In this document: positions 35,784 through 45,427 of the stretch, piece after piece
How the letters are laid out: each line of letters starts with the position of its first letter
Numbering within the stretch: the stretch's first letter is position 1
DNA from: Candidatus Zambryskibacteria bacterium RIFCSPHIGHO2_01_FULL_46_25
GTDB taxonomy: Bacteria; Patescibacteriota; Minisyncoccia; Phycocordibacterales; Zambryskibacteraceae
Direction of reading: 5' to 3'
Length of the DNA: 64,000 bases
Assembly (NCBI GenBank): GCA_001825155.1
Contig: MHVH01000005.1
Location: 70,413-134,412 of the forward strand
Position numbers and translations under genes: made by a program
Notes under the pieces: generated by a model
Told to the model about the DNA's origin: nothing
The model's database searches: none
The model's input: the letters and a program-made list of their open reading frames with translations, nothing else

Positions 35784-35900
35784 CAATCCACAACATATCC
35801 ACAGTTTTGATTTGACGGAAATTTTACTTAGTGCACAATTATACGTGCAAAGCGCTCTCCGCAAGGCGAGCGCTTTGCATTTGTACTGTATAATTATTTC

Positions 35901-37043
35901 ATGCTTCGGCTCATTCCGGTTTTTATATCAAGCATATTCCTTTCTCTAAATTTCGGGCTTCTCTTGTACGTCAATTCCACTTTCCTCGCGAGCTTCCTTA
36001 CGCCCGGAGGCGTAAGCTCGGTGTTTCTGGCAGCTTCGCTTGTAAATGCCGTCATTTTCTTTTTCGCGACAAGACTGCTCAATTTCTTCGGCAAGGAGAA
36101 GGTTTTGCTTTTCTTTATGCTCTCTGCGTCTCTTGGCGCGGTCGGACTCGCTTTCTCAGCAAACGCAGTAACGGCCGTAGTTTCCTTCATTGTTTACGAG
36201 AGCTTCCTCTTCATGGTCTATTATTGTCTTGATATATTTGTTGAGGAAAAGACGCCAGACAAGCACGCAGGTGAGGTTAGAGGCGTTTATTACATGCTCA
36301 TAAACGGAGGCGTAGCGGCGGGACCTCTGCTTCTCTCGTTTCTCGTCGTAGATGACAACCTGCGAGTATCTTATCTTGCCGCCGTAGCACTTCTTGCAGT
36401 ACCTCTTGTCATATCCTTCGTCTTCTTGTTCGGCGCCAAAAAAACATTGCACCGTTGGGGACACGCGGGCTTGCCCATAAAAGCATGGTGGAAGAAAAGG
36501 AATATAAGAGCCGTAAGTCTCGCCAAGCTTGCCCTCGAGACCTTCTACGGCGTTATGGTAATCTACACGCCGATATATCTTCATGGCACGTTGGGCTTCG
36601 AATGGTCCGAGCTTGGCATCATATTCACGATTATGTTACTACCATTCGTGGTGCTCGAATGGCCGGCTGGAGAGCTTGCGGACCGCTTCTGGGGCGAGAA
36701 GGAGATGATGAGTGTTGGCTTCTTCCTCATGGGCATAGCGCTACTTACAATGCCGTTTATTCCAAAAGCTTTTGTAATCTGGATGCTTATACTTCTCCTC
36801 TCCCGCATAGGCGCTTCGCTCGTCGAGATTACAACAGAGAGTTATTTTTTCAAAAAAATTGACGCAAAGGACACCGGCATACTTGCCATCTTCCGGCTCT
36901 TGCGCCCGGTTGGCATCATCTTCGGCGCTGGCATCGGTGCGGCAAGCCTCCAGTTCTTTACTCTCGAGAAAATCTTCTTCATCCTTGCTGTCGTGGTCTT
37001 CTTCGGCATGCGTGAGGCTTTGTACCTTAGAGATACACTCTAA
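35901..37043 (+). CDS. MFS-type transporter (~12 TM)
   Basis: Hydrophobicity pattern and MFS-like loops. Confidence 0.6.
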   Translation: MLRLIPVFISSIFLSLNFGLLLYVNSTFLASFLTPGGVSSVFLAASLVNAVIFFFATRLLNFFGKEKVLLFFMLSASLGAVGLAFSANAVTAVVSFIVYESFLFMVYYCLDIFVEEKTPDKHAGEVRGVYYMLINGGVAAGPLLLSFLVVDDNLRVSYLAAVALLAVPLVISFVFLFGAKKTLHRWGHAGLPIKAWWKKRNIRAVSLAKLALETFYGVMVIYTPIYLHGTLGFEWSELGIIFTIMLLPFVVLEWPAGELADRFWGEKEMMSVGFFLMGIALLTMPFIPKAFVIWMLILLLSRIGASLVEITTESYFFKKIDAKDTGILAIFRLLRPVGIIFGAGIGAASLQFFTLEKIFFILAVVVFFGMREALYLRDTL

Positions 37044-37044
37044 A

Positions 37045-37683
37045 CTATTTCCGCTTCCACTCGGTTAGATTGGAGGCTTTAATTTCAATCCCTTCTGCCT
37101 TGCGCAGGTTTCTAACTTGTTTGAGTGTCAGAATTTTGAAGTGCTTTGAGATATCTAGCTCATGAGCCAGCGTTGCCAAATTTTCTTCTGTTGTAATCCA
37201 CCCTGTGCCAAGTTTAGATAGGTCAAATGGTTTGGAGTATTGTCTCAAAGTCTTTTTGCCGCTGTTGAGGAAATATTCATGGAAATAAGACATGGCCAGT
37301 TCGCGGATAGATTTGTAAACAGGGTCGCGGTAACGCAACACAGGATGGTTTGTTTTAGAAATAGCTCCCCAACATCCCCTCTCATTGAAAAGGGCCACTA
37401 CGTGGTCGAAGTCGGGGCGAACTGTCTTGAGGTCGAGAAGTAGCGGCAGCCGCCCCTGTATCCAGAGGGCGGCCGCCGCCAAAAGTGCCCCCTCGAAGCA
37501 ATGCGCCCGTTTGTTTTGTAATGTAAGCTTGGGTGAAGAGTGCGTCTGTCCCCCCTCCTCGAAGTTGAATGGCGTCGCATTCAAGAAATCCTGAATCTTC
37601 GCCGGAGTGGAAAGTTTCTTGAGTTTGGACCACTCACCTTGTTTCAATCCGGAAGCATGGAAATTAAGCTTCGAGACTTTCAT
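37045..37683 (-). CDS. Hypothetical protein with a conserved Cys (KRAHCFEGALLAAAAL); possibly a papain-like/NlpC-LRAT-type fold
   Basis: ORF only. The fold assignment is speculative. Confidence 0.35.
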   Translation of the reverse strand: MKVSKLNFHASGLKQGEWSKLKKLSTPAKIQDFLNATPFNFEEGGQTHSSPKLTLQNKRAHCFEGALLAAAALWIQGRLPLLLDLKTVRPDFDHVVALFNERGCWGAISKTNHPVLRYRDPVYKSIRELAMSYFHEYFLNSGKKTLRQYSKPFDLSKLGTGWITTEENLATLAHELDISKHFKILTLKQVRNLRKAEGIEIKASNLTEWKRK

Positions 37684-39338
37684 TTACGCTTGGTAAATTT
37701 GAGCGCCGCGACAACAAAAGCGGTAAAGAGCGGATGTGGATTCAAGGGACGAGCCTTGAATTCCGGATGGAACTGACTAGCTATGAAAAATGGGTGGGTC
37801 GAAACGGGCAATTCGGCAACTTCGCACAATCGACCATCTGGGGAGACGCCCGAGAACACCATGCCAGCCTTGGTAAGATTATCGACGTATTCAGGATTAA
37901 CCTCGTATCGATGCCTGTGCCTCTCAGAGATTTTTTTCTCACCATACGCTTTGGCTGCCAGACTTCCAGCTCTTAACACGGCAGGCCATTCACCCAGTCG
38001 CATACTGCCTCCGTAATTTGCCTGGGCAAGCTTATCCTTCTGCTCACTCATGATACCTATAACGGGATGCTTAGTGTCAGGGTCAACCTCTGTTGTATGA
38101 GCACCTTTGAGTCCAGCTTTATTCCTAGCGAACTCTATGACAGCGAGTTGCATACCGTAGCAAAGTCCAAGGTACGGAATTTTGTTTTCCCTAACATATT
38201 TGATAGCGCCTATAATCCCCTCAACTCCGGTAGAGCCGAAACCGCCCGGCACCACCACTCCCGCGTAATTTTTCAACTCAGAATATTTCCTCTTGCCAGT
38301 CTCATACTCCTTGGCGTTAATCCATTCGAGCTTTGGCTTCGCTCCACGCCAATAAGAAGAAAACTTAATAGCTTCGATTACTGAAACATAGGCATCCGCC
38401 AATACGAAATCACCGGTATCGAAGTATTTTCCGATTACCGCTATTTTAAGAATCTTTTTCGCTGACTTGGCTTTCGATACGAACTTTCTCCAGTTTTTCA
38501 AATCCTTTTGTCTAGGCTTTAAACCAAAGTGGGCAAGAATACGCTCACTTAACCCGTCGTTTTCGAAATTTACTGGCACATCATATATGCTCTCGATGTC
38601 CGGAGCGGCGATAATATCCTCTTCGGCAATACCTGTGGTCATGGAAATCTTTTCCTTCCTTTTCTTATCTATCGAGAGCTCGCTTCTCGCGATAATCATG
38701 TCGGTATTGATTCCGTATGAGGAAAGCTGTCTCACCGCGTTCTGCGTCAGTTTCGTCTTCATCTCGCCAATCTTGCCCGGTACGGGAAGATAGGAAACCA
38801 TGATGAACATTACGTCTCCAGGGTGGCGCATTTTGAGAAGTCTGGCCGCTTCGAGAAAAATGGCGTTTTGGTATTCTCCGATAGTGCCTCCTATTTCAAA
38901 CACGGTTATCTCAGCACCCGACTTCTTAACCGAAGCGTGAATGCGTTTGATAATCTCCTCGGTTACGTGGTAGACGGGCTCAACGCACTTGCCCTGGTAA
39001 CCTAGCGCTCGTTCGCGGTCTATGACACACTTGAGCACCATTCCATTGGTTAGATAATTTTCCTTGGGCATGTCTTTATTGAGGAAGCGTTCGTAGTTGC
39101 CCATGTCCTGGTCGGTCTCGAGACCGGAATCGAGTACGAAAACTTCTCCATGTTCAACTGGATTCATGGTCCCGGCATCCACGTTTAAATAAGGATCAGC
39201 CTTCATCAGGCTGACATTGAAACCCTTTGACTGGAGTATTGTGCCGATTGACGATGTGGTAACTCCCTTACCTACTCCGCTCATTACGCCTCCGACGACA
39301 AAAATATATTTTGGCCGGATTTCTTTCTTTCGCTTCAT
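37680..39338 (-). CDS. pyrG: CTP synthase
   Basis: GGVMSGVGKG P-loop plus a C-terminal glutamine amidotransferase domain (GLCYGMQ). Confidence 0.9.
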   Translation of the reverse strand: MKRKKEIRPKYIFVVGGVMSGVGKGVTTSSIGTILQSKGFNVSLMKADPYLNVDAGTMNPVEHGEVFVLDSGLETDQDMGNYERFLNKDMPKENYLTNGMVLKCVIDRERALGYQGKCVEPVYHVTEEIIKRIHASVKKSGAEITVFEIGGTIGEYQNAIFLEAARLLKMRHPGDVMFIMVSYLPVPGKIGEMKTKLTQNAVRQLSSYGINTDMIIARSELSIDKKRKEKISMTTGIAEEDIIAAPDIESIYDVPVNFENDGLSERILAHFGLKPRQKDLKNWRKFVSKAKSAKKILKIAVIGKYFDTGDFVLADAYVSVIEAIKFSSYWRGAKPKLEWINAKEYETGKRKYSELKNYAGVVVPGGFGSTGVEGIIGAIKYVRENKIPYLGLCYGMQLAVIEFARNKAGLKGAHTTEVDPDTKHPVIGIMSEQKDKLAQANYGGSMRLGEWPAVLRAGSLAAKAYGEKKISERHRHRYEVNPEYVDNLTKAGMVFSGVSPDGRLCEVAELPVSTHPFFIASQFHPEFKARPLNPHPLFTAFVVAALKFTKRK

Positions 39339-40237
39339 TCCGCTGATTTTAGCACACGAAGCCCGATAATTTCCATGAATATCTCTGGGTCTATAGATAT
39401 TCCGCCAATTCTAATCGAGAGGTGCAAGTGGGGCCCTAGAACATACCCCGTATCTCCCGTCTTGCCTATCTCCTCACCCTTATCCACATCCGCGCCCAGT
39501 GGGACGCCAATTTCGGAGAGATGCATATAAATAGTATGGAGACCCAAACCGTGGTCGATGATGATGGTATTGCCGTAATTTCTTAAAAACCGATTGAAAA
39601 CTATCTTGCCGAAATTCATCGCATACACCGGCGTGCCGACAGCGGCGCGAAAGTCGGTGCCCTTATGGCTAATACTCGAGGCGCCGGTAAGCCTCGAGTA
39701 ACCGTACGTGTCGGTAATGGTTATAGGCTCGTCTATCGGTAACCTGAATTCGCCTTCCCAGAGTTTCTCATCCTCCGTCGGCACAGCGCTTATAAGCTTG
39801 CCTTCTTCGACAAGAGTATTTATAAGCTCACGCTCCGCTTCAGGCGTGTCGCCACCGAGTTTTTCCGGAATGCCAAGAGGTGCTTTGGCTATGTAGCGCT
39901 CACCCACCGCGAGGCGGCTTGTGATGATTCTACCGTCGTTAAGGGTCAATACCATGGGCAATGAGCCAGACTTGCTTCGCAAGTCAAGACCTACGAGAGC
40001 CGAGAGTTTGCCGTCGTGGATGAAGGTTTTGAGCTCCTTATCATTCACTTTCAGAGACTTCGCGGTCGTAGTGCCGTGAATCTGTATAAGCACCGGGTCG
40101 CCTTGCTCGATTTTATCCGGCAGTATCGATATAGAAATTTCTTCCGCTATAGGTTGCTTGTCTTCACTTGGCGGTTTCACCGCCAAGTAGCCACCAATAC
40201 CCAAAATAATTATTACCAATATCAAAAGCAATCTCAT
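39335..40237 (-). CDS. M23-family (LytM-domain) peptidase
   Basis: HKGTDF...GNTIIIDHG...GPHLHLS zinc-site motifs. It has an N-terminal anchor. Confidence 0.8.
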   Translation of the reverse strand: MRLLLILVIIILGIGGYLAVKPPSEDKQPIAEEISISILPDKIEQGDPVLIQIHGTTTAKSLKVNDKELKTFIHDGKLSALVGLDLRSKSGSLPMVLTLNDGRIITSRLAVGERYIAKAPLGIPEKLGGDTPEAERELINTLVEEGKLISAVPTEDEKLWEGEFRLPIDEPITITDTYGYSRLTGASSISHKGTDFRAAVGTPVYAMNFGKIVFNRFLRNYGNTIIIDHGLGLHTIYMHLSEIGVPLGADVDKGEEIGKTGDTGYVLGPHLHLSIRIGGISIDPEIFMEIIGLRVLKSAE

Positions 40238-40287
40238 ATTTATAGTATAACGTTTCTATTTCAGATTTGACATAATTATAGTAAATA

Positions 40288-40791
40288 TTGCATACTGCAA
40301 ACGCGGGTAAATCCGCAGAAAGGCAGCTCTTTATGAGACTCAAGATTTCGCTTGTTGTGGAAGAGGAAGTGATGATTCCGCAGAATGAGAGCCCGGTTCT
40401 GCAGAATCCTGGGCTCTTCGGGAACAAGAGCGAGGTAGTCGCCAAAACGGTGAATTTCTTACGATGCGGTTGTCCGAGCGTCCAACTGATCTCAGGTAAC
40501 CCCTACAGCGAACAGTTAGCGAAGGATATGCTCGATAAATTTCAAGGCATGTTCTCGAGTCTCCAGAAGCCCGGTGAGCAGTTCGAAATCCAGGCACCGA
40601 GTGGCCGCTGGAGCCAGGAATCCATCATCACCATCACCCGCATCGTCGCGTCGGACAGAACCATTCCGCCACATCCGAACCTCATCGAAATCGAGCAAGC
40701 TGCCATCAAGCAGACTCTCGAAAGAGGACCCTGGACCCAGGAAGAAGCTGCGAGGGTTTTGAAAGACTTCCGAATGAAGATCAAGTGGTAA
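40288..40791 (+). CDS. Hypothetical protein
   Basis: ORF followed by a GC hairpin and T-run terminator at ~40805-40845. A likely internal start is MRLKISL at 40333. Confidence 0.4.
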   Translation: MHTANAGKSAERQLFMRLKISLVVEEEVMIPQNESPVLQNPGLFGNKSEVVAKTVNFLRCGCPSVQLISGNPYSEQLAKDMLDKFQGMFSSLQKPGEQFEIQAPSGRWSQESIITITRIVASDRTIPPHPNLIEIEQAAIKQTLERGPWTQEEAARVLKDFRMKIKW

Positions 40792-40883
40792 CTCGACCTG
40801 ATTCAACTGAAGGGCGGCGCGAGGAGATACTCCTCCGCCGCCTTTTCTCATTCCCTTTTATTTTCTACGCAAAAACCAACATA

Positions 40884-40920
40884 CATAATAAAAACGCTAT
40901 AGCGGAATTATTATGTATAT
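40884..40920. repeat. Palindromic 37-bp element flanking PaaX-like gene 1 (3' side)
   Basis: CATAATAAAAACGCTATAGCGGAATTATTATGTATAT. 34 of 37 positions match the copy at 41519..41555. Confidence 0.55.
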
Positions 40921-40928
40921 GAGGAAAG

Positions 40929-41498
40929 TTAATTTATCAAATCGAATTCCATGCGCAGATATTTATCATTCTCAATCTGGTCGGCGATTATGTAGAGCAA
41001 GTCGCGACCGATTCCGTAATCAGTTTTCAGCAAACCGATGACATCTTCGCAGTCATAAGGATAAACCCAGACACTATCTTGCAAGTGGTAAAATCCGGCT
41101 TGCTTGAATATTTCCCTCACCTCATCCCTAATCGCCTTCTTTCTTTCCGGAATATCGAAAATTATTACCCGCCACTTTTTATCCCACTTCTTCGGCTTTT
41201 TCAATTTAAAATCTTCTCTTCTCCAGCGTTCCAAGATTTCCTTACCATCTTTAGCCAACTCATAGTGTCCGTGCTCGAATTTAATTAACCCCTTGCTTCT
41301 CAGACGGCTTGCCGTTGATCTTATTACTTCGTTTTTCCGCGGAGAAGAAGGTAGGTCAAGATCAAGCAGAATATTCAAAACTCTAGGTACGAGAAGCGAA
41401 GCGCCCAGCCGGCCACCCGAAGCGACAGTGAGAAGTATTGCTTCTTGTATTTCCGTTCGCCTGATAATTTTCTTATTTTCTTCTTCCAGTTTCCCCAT
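40929..41498 (-). CDS. PaaX-like regulator (winged-helix N-terminus plus a PaaX_C/Cas2-fold C-terminal domain), paralog 1
   Basis: WDKKWRVIIFDIPERKKAIRDEVREIFKQAGFYHLQDSVWVYPYD matches the PaaX C-terminal signature. It is ~55% identical to 53323..53889. Confidence 0.55.
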   Translation of the reverse strand: MGKLEEENKKIIRRTEIQEAILLTVASGGRLGASLLVPRVLNILLDLDLPSSPRKNEVIRSTASRLRSKGLIKFEHGHYELAKDGKEILERWRREDFKLKKPKKWDKKWRVIIFDIPERKKAIRDEVREIFKQAGFYHLQDSVWVYPYDCEDVIGLLKTDYGIGRDLLYIIADQIENDKYLRMEFDLIN

Positions 41499-41518
41499 AC
41501 TTACATTATAATCAACTA

Positions 41519-41555
41519 CATAATAAAAACGCTATAGCGTTTTTATTATGTATAT
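41519..41555. repeat. Palindromic 37-bp element flanking PaaX-like gene 1 (5' side); candidate operator
   Basis: CATAATAAAAACGC-TATA-GCGTTTTTATTATG is an almost perfect palindrome. It lies ~20 bp upstream of the ATG. Confidence 0.55.
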
Positions 41556-41653
41556 ATGATTTGTGTCTCTTTTGCGAGATTTTGACATTGGTCAGACAAA
41601 ACGAAAAGCCGCCTCTAGACAGAGCGGCTTTTCTTGTGGTTTGCAGAGTTATG

Positions 41654-42589
41654 TTATCTAAGTTGGAGTCGGAGTGTCGAGGTGGAGTTGCGCTTGCCTT
41701 GGTTGTCATTGTCGCGGTCATCATCATTTTTATCGTTGTCATCGTCTTTATTGTCATCATTCTCAATTTCAATTTCGGTTTCTGATTTCAGCTTCGTTTC
41801 GCCGTCATCCTTGATTTCGATCTTGAATTTGCCGTCTTCCTCCTTTACCTCTATGCGACCCTTGTTACCGGAAGTGTTTATTTTTATCTTGCCGGCTGAG
41901 GGTGATGTCGAAGCAGTCGAGGTGGCAGTTGAGCCCTTAATCTTCAGCATGAAGTCGCCATTTTTCTTGAGTTCGACCTTCACATCTTCGGCATTGACCA
42001 TGGTCTCAAGCCTCTCGATTACAGATTCGACCGCTGCCAGAGCTTGAGTATTGCCCTTGGCTTCGAGATCAGCGGCGACATCACTAAGGTAGGAGATAGC
42101 CACGTTTACTCCTACGGCCACTCTGCCGTCGGTATTCTTGGGAGTAGAGGTGGCGTTGGTCGAAGTAGCGGCTTGCGGTGAGTTTGTCGAACCCGTAGTC
42201 GTTGCCGATGCGGACAAACGCGCTCTAGAAATAAGTTTCTCAACCTCCTCAAGACGCTCTTCGGAGAATTTCACCTTGAGTTCGGCTTTGCCCTTACCGG
42301 AGAAAACCAAACGGACATTCTCGACGGCACGGTCCACCGGGAAGAGTATGTCGCCCGGGACGGCGCTGTTGGCTGCGACAGCCGTGCCACCGCTTATAAA
42401 CACCAGCATACCGATAAGTAATGGGATCATGTTTTTGTGGTTAGTTTGTAATGCGAATATTTGGAAGACCGAGCGCGACTCCATGCGCGAAGAAATTTCC
42501 GCCCACGTAGCATTGCTCTCGGATAACGAAAGGTTCCTGAATTTCAAGCTCTTCAAGATTTTTTCCGGGTTGTCAGTTTTCTTTTTCAT
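41654..42589 (-). CDS. DUF5667-type membrane protein (anti-sigma-factor-like) with an acidic low-complexity C-terminus
   Basis: It overlaps the upstream ECF sigma gene by 17 nt. A cytoplasmic N-terminus, a TM, an extracytoplasmic DRAVEN... domain, and a D/N/K-rich tail. Confidence 0.5.
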   Translation of the reverse strand: MKKKTDNPEKILKSLKFRNLSLSESNATWAEISSRMESRSVFQIFALQTNHKNMIPLLIGMLVFISGGTAVAANSAVPGDILFPVDRAVENVRLVFSGKGKAELKVKFSEERLEEVEKLISRARLSASATTTGSTNSPQAATSTNATSTPKNTDGRVAVGVNVAISYLSDVAADLEAKGNTQALAAVESVIERLETMVNAEDVKVELKKNGDFMLKIKGSTATSTASTSPSAGKIKINTSGNKGRIEVKEEDGKFKIEIKDDGETKLKSETEIEIENDDNKDDDNDKNDDDRDNDNQGKRNSTSTLRLQLR

Positions 42590-43106
42590 ACTTTAGCAAT
42601 TCTCTTAACTTCGTTAACGCGCGATGGTGTCTGATCTTAATCGCGCCTTCCTTTTGTTCCAGAAAGCGGGCAATGATCTTGAACTCGAGACCCTCGAAAT
42701 ACCGAAGCCGAATCACTTCCCTGTCGATAGCGTTGAGCTTTTCAACCATATCAAGGACGAAGGCTATTTCGCCCGGATCTCTTGAGTCGGAATCGGGAAC
42801 AACGTCGGAGAGGTCTTCGAGAGATACGACGGGTTTAAAGAATCGATACAGCCGGGCGACTCTCCTCCTCGCTATGATGCAGAGGAAAGAGAAGAATTCG
42901 CCGTCGGAGGAGTACGAGAACTTGCCGCCGGAGAGAGCCTTCCAAAGGTCAATGTAGGTTTCCTGGAGAATATCGAGCGCTTCTTCACGGTTCCGCACTC
43001 TGGCTCTGATGAGCCGGAAGATGCCATCTTTGGTCTCTTCATAGAGCAGGCGGAAACACTCTTTGTCTCCGTCAACACATCCGTCTATCAGCCTTTGGAA
43101 TGTCAT
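42573..43106 (-). CDS. ECF-family RNA polymerase sigma factor
   Basis: Region 2 (LYEETKDGIFRLIRARV...ETYIDLW) and region 4 (REVIRLRYFEGLEFKIIARFLE...IKIRHHRALTKLR). The start is trimmed to MTFQRLIDG. Confidence 0.75.
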   Translation of the reverse strand: MTFQRLIDGCVDGDKECFRLLYEETKDGIFRLIRARVRNREEALDILQETYIDLWKALSGGKFSYSSDGEFFSFLCIIARRRVARLYRFFKPVVSLEDLSDVVPDSDSRDPGEIAFVLDMVEKLNAIDREVIRLRYFEGLEFKIIARFLEQKEGAIKIRHHRALTKLRELLKYEKEN

Positions 43107-43427
43107 TGTGCCTTCTACCTTACTAATGTCCGGGGGTTTTGAAAAGGTTACATTGACAAAACCTAGAAAATATTCTGCGGTAACCAGTCGAAGAGGCGCT
43201 TCCGATGCTGGTCGAGAGTCCACGCGCTCTTGCCTTTGAAAAGGGAGAGATGGGCTTCCTTGAACTTCTCAAGAAGCGTCAAGGTCGCGCGAGGATAGCC
43301 CTCGGGCATATTTTTGTTATAACTTTCTAGAAACTCCGTTTCTGTAAGCGGGATATCGTTCGGCACTATTCGTGAGGAGGTTTTCTTCATCTACACATCA
43401 TACCATAAATGGATAGAAAATTCAACG

Positions 43428-44018
43428 CTACTTAAGAAGTTTCTCGAGTATCGGCTTAATTCTCTCGGCCATAAGCTTGTACCCCTCGTCATTCGGATGG
43501 AGGCTGTCGGACATAAGTTTCGAGTTTTCAAAAATATTTTCCAAAATATCCGGAACATAGGCGGCCTTTTTATTTACAGCTAAATTCTCGAATTCTTTGT
43601 CGAAATTGCTCCCGATGCCAACCAGAATCACAGCCGAGCCCCGGGCCTGTATCGCATCAACTATTTTACTTAAATTTCGGAATGTCTCTTCCGGTGGCAC
43701 ACTGGCAAGATAATCGTTGCCGCCAAGAAGCACAATAACTACTTTCGGCTCGTATTTGTCGAGCTCACTTATTCTCACTAGCGCGCCCAGAGTAGTGTCC
43801 CCGCTTACGCCCAGATTCACGATAGGTACATCGAGCTCTTCCGAGAGCATTGACACGAATCCGCCTGTCTTTGATGACCCGACACCCACCACGAGACTAT
43901 CGCCGAAAGCTACTACATCTGTGCCAGAAGAAGGATAGTTCCTAATGCCCGGCGCTCGATAATAAAAGAGTCCGGCAATCGCCACGGCGGCAAAGATTAT
44001 GAAAAATATCTTTTTCAT
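43428..44018 (-). CDS. SGNH/GDSL-family hydrolase (secreted)
   Basis: GDSL block (VVAFGDSLVVG) plus a C-terminal DxxH. Confidence 0.75.
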   Translation of the reverse strand: MKKIFFIIFAAVAIAGLFYYRAPGIRNYPSSGTDVVAFGDSLVVGVGSSKTGGFVSMLSEELDVPIVNLGVSGDTTLGALVRISELDKYEPKVVIVLLGGNDYLASVPPEETFRNLSKIVDAIQARGSAVILVGIGSNFDKEFENLAVNKKAAYVPDILENIFENSKLMSDSLHPNDEGYKLMAERIKPILEKLLK

Positions 44019-45032
44019 TTATTTCACAAATACTTTAAGCGCGTTTATAAGGCTCGCGGATTTGAATACTTTCGGCAGTTCGCTCTGCCAGCCCACTTTC
44101 GAAGTATCTACGTCCGGCACAACGCCGTTGCCCTCGATTGGCTCGTTATCAGCACGTACGGTGAGATTGTTTACCAGAAGCAGAAGATACTTGGTCTCCG
44201 GGTCTATCTCGGTCGCCAAGGGATAAGTGTTCTCTATCGTGCCCCAACCCTTCGTGGTTACGCCGACACTCTTGGCCAGGCGATATTTCTTGAAGGCGTC
44301 TATGGTAAGTTCCGCCGTTGATTGGGTTGCGTTGTCGGAGAAGAAAGCGATTTCCTTGTACCGCTCGAAGTCCGGATATTTAGGCATAGTCGTTCTAATT
44401 ACTTTTTTCTCGCCATGAGAAAAGAGGTCGAAAGCATATTGGTCAGGTCCGATGAAGAGACCTAGGAACGCGGGCAGGAAGTCGAGCGAGCCGCCGATAT
44501 TGCCACGGAAATCGAATATTATCGAGTCCATGCCGGGCGTGGTCGAAGCTTTTGTAAGCGCGTTGCCGATTTCTTGTAACGTTGTCGGCGCGATTTGCTT
44601 CACGCCAAGATAAAGTGTTTTTCCCGCGATACGTGACTCGACCGTCGGTTCGACTTCTCCCGTTTCCGGATTCTTGTTGTTTACGACGTCTCGGAATTCT
44701 TTCTCCTGCTTGTCCGACAAGAGGCCATTCCTGCCCTTCGGCTCGAGATTGCTGAGAGTGGCTATGACAATGTTTAATGCCGTTTCTTTCTTGGTCGCGG
44801 TTGAGGTGGCGCGGCCGAGCTCCTCCTTGACTTGAGCAAGCGTATTGATTCTCTCGGTTGATGAGGCGACATTGCCCGCCCAGTAGTTCTCCTGGATTTT
44901 GTCGTATGCTTCCATGACGAAACTCGCGTAAACATCCTCGCCGGAAGCCCGCTCGACATAAATCTTGTAAGAATAGAATCCCGCTCCAGCAAGCGCCGCC
45001 GCCACAAGTAAGATGACTAGAAGTTTCTTCAT
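44019..45032 (-). CDS. S41-family (tail-specific protease-like) peptidase
   Basis: FDFRGNIGGS motif, a catalytic Ser region and an N-terminal anchor. Confidence 0.65.
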   Translation of the reverse strand: MKKLLVILLVAAALAGAGFYSYKIYVERASGEDVYASFVMEAYDKIQENYWAGNVASSTERINTLAQVKEELGRATSTATKKETALNIVIATLSNLEPKGRNGLLSDKQEKEFRDVVNNKNPETGEVEPTVESRIAGKTLYLGVKQIAPTTLQEIGNALTKASTTPGMDSIIFDFRGNIGGSLDFLPAFLGLFIGPDQYAFDLFSHGEKKVIRTTMPKYPDFERYKEIAFFSDNATQSTAELTIDAFKKYRLAKSVGVTTKGWGTIENTYPLATEIDPETKYLLLLVNNLTVRADNEPIEGNGVVPDVDTSKVGWQSELPKVFKSASLINALKVFVK

Positions 45033-45409
45033 TCAACTATGAGTGCCCCCTTCATCCCCATGGCACGATGGTTGCCGACCGAGCAGTAGAATTCAAAGCT
45101 GCCTTTCTTGGTCGCGCGGAAGTCTATGGTCTCGCTCTGATTGGCTTGAAGCACTTGCGTTCTGGCGTCGAATTCGTCTATAACCCAATCATGCGTGCCC
45201 TGCTCGTTCTGGAACACGATTCTTACCGTATCCCCTTCCTTCACCCTAATCTCAGAAGGCGTGAAGGAGAACGGCTTGCCAACCACGACAAAGGTTTTCA
45301 CCTCTGAATCCATTAACACCAGTTCGGCGTCCTTGTTCATAATCTTGTAACCTCCCCAGAACACTAGCGCTAAGGCTATGATTATCAATATATATTTCAT
45401 ATAATTCAT
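45029..45409 (-). CDS. Cupredoxin (plastocyanin/azurin-like blue copper protein), membrane-anchored
   Basis: Type-1 Cu ligands: H (GTHDW), then C-x2-G-N-H-x4-M (YCSVGNHRAMGM). The start is chosen at MNYMKYILIII. It is the first gene of an operon with the S41 peptidase and the GDSL hydrolase. Confidence 0.65.
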   Translation of the reverse strand: MNYMKYILIIIALALVFWGGYKIMNKDAELVLMDSEVKTFVVVGKPFSFTPSEIRVKEGDTVRIVFQNEQGTHDWVIDEFDARTQVLQANQSETIDFRATKKGSFEFYCSVGNHRAMGMKGALIVE

Positions 45410-45427
45410 TATATCTAACTCTAAATT

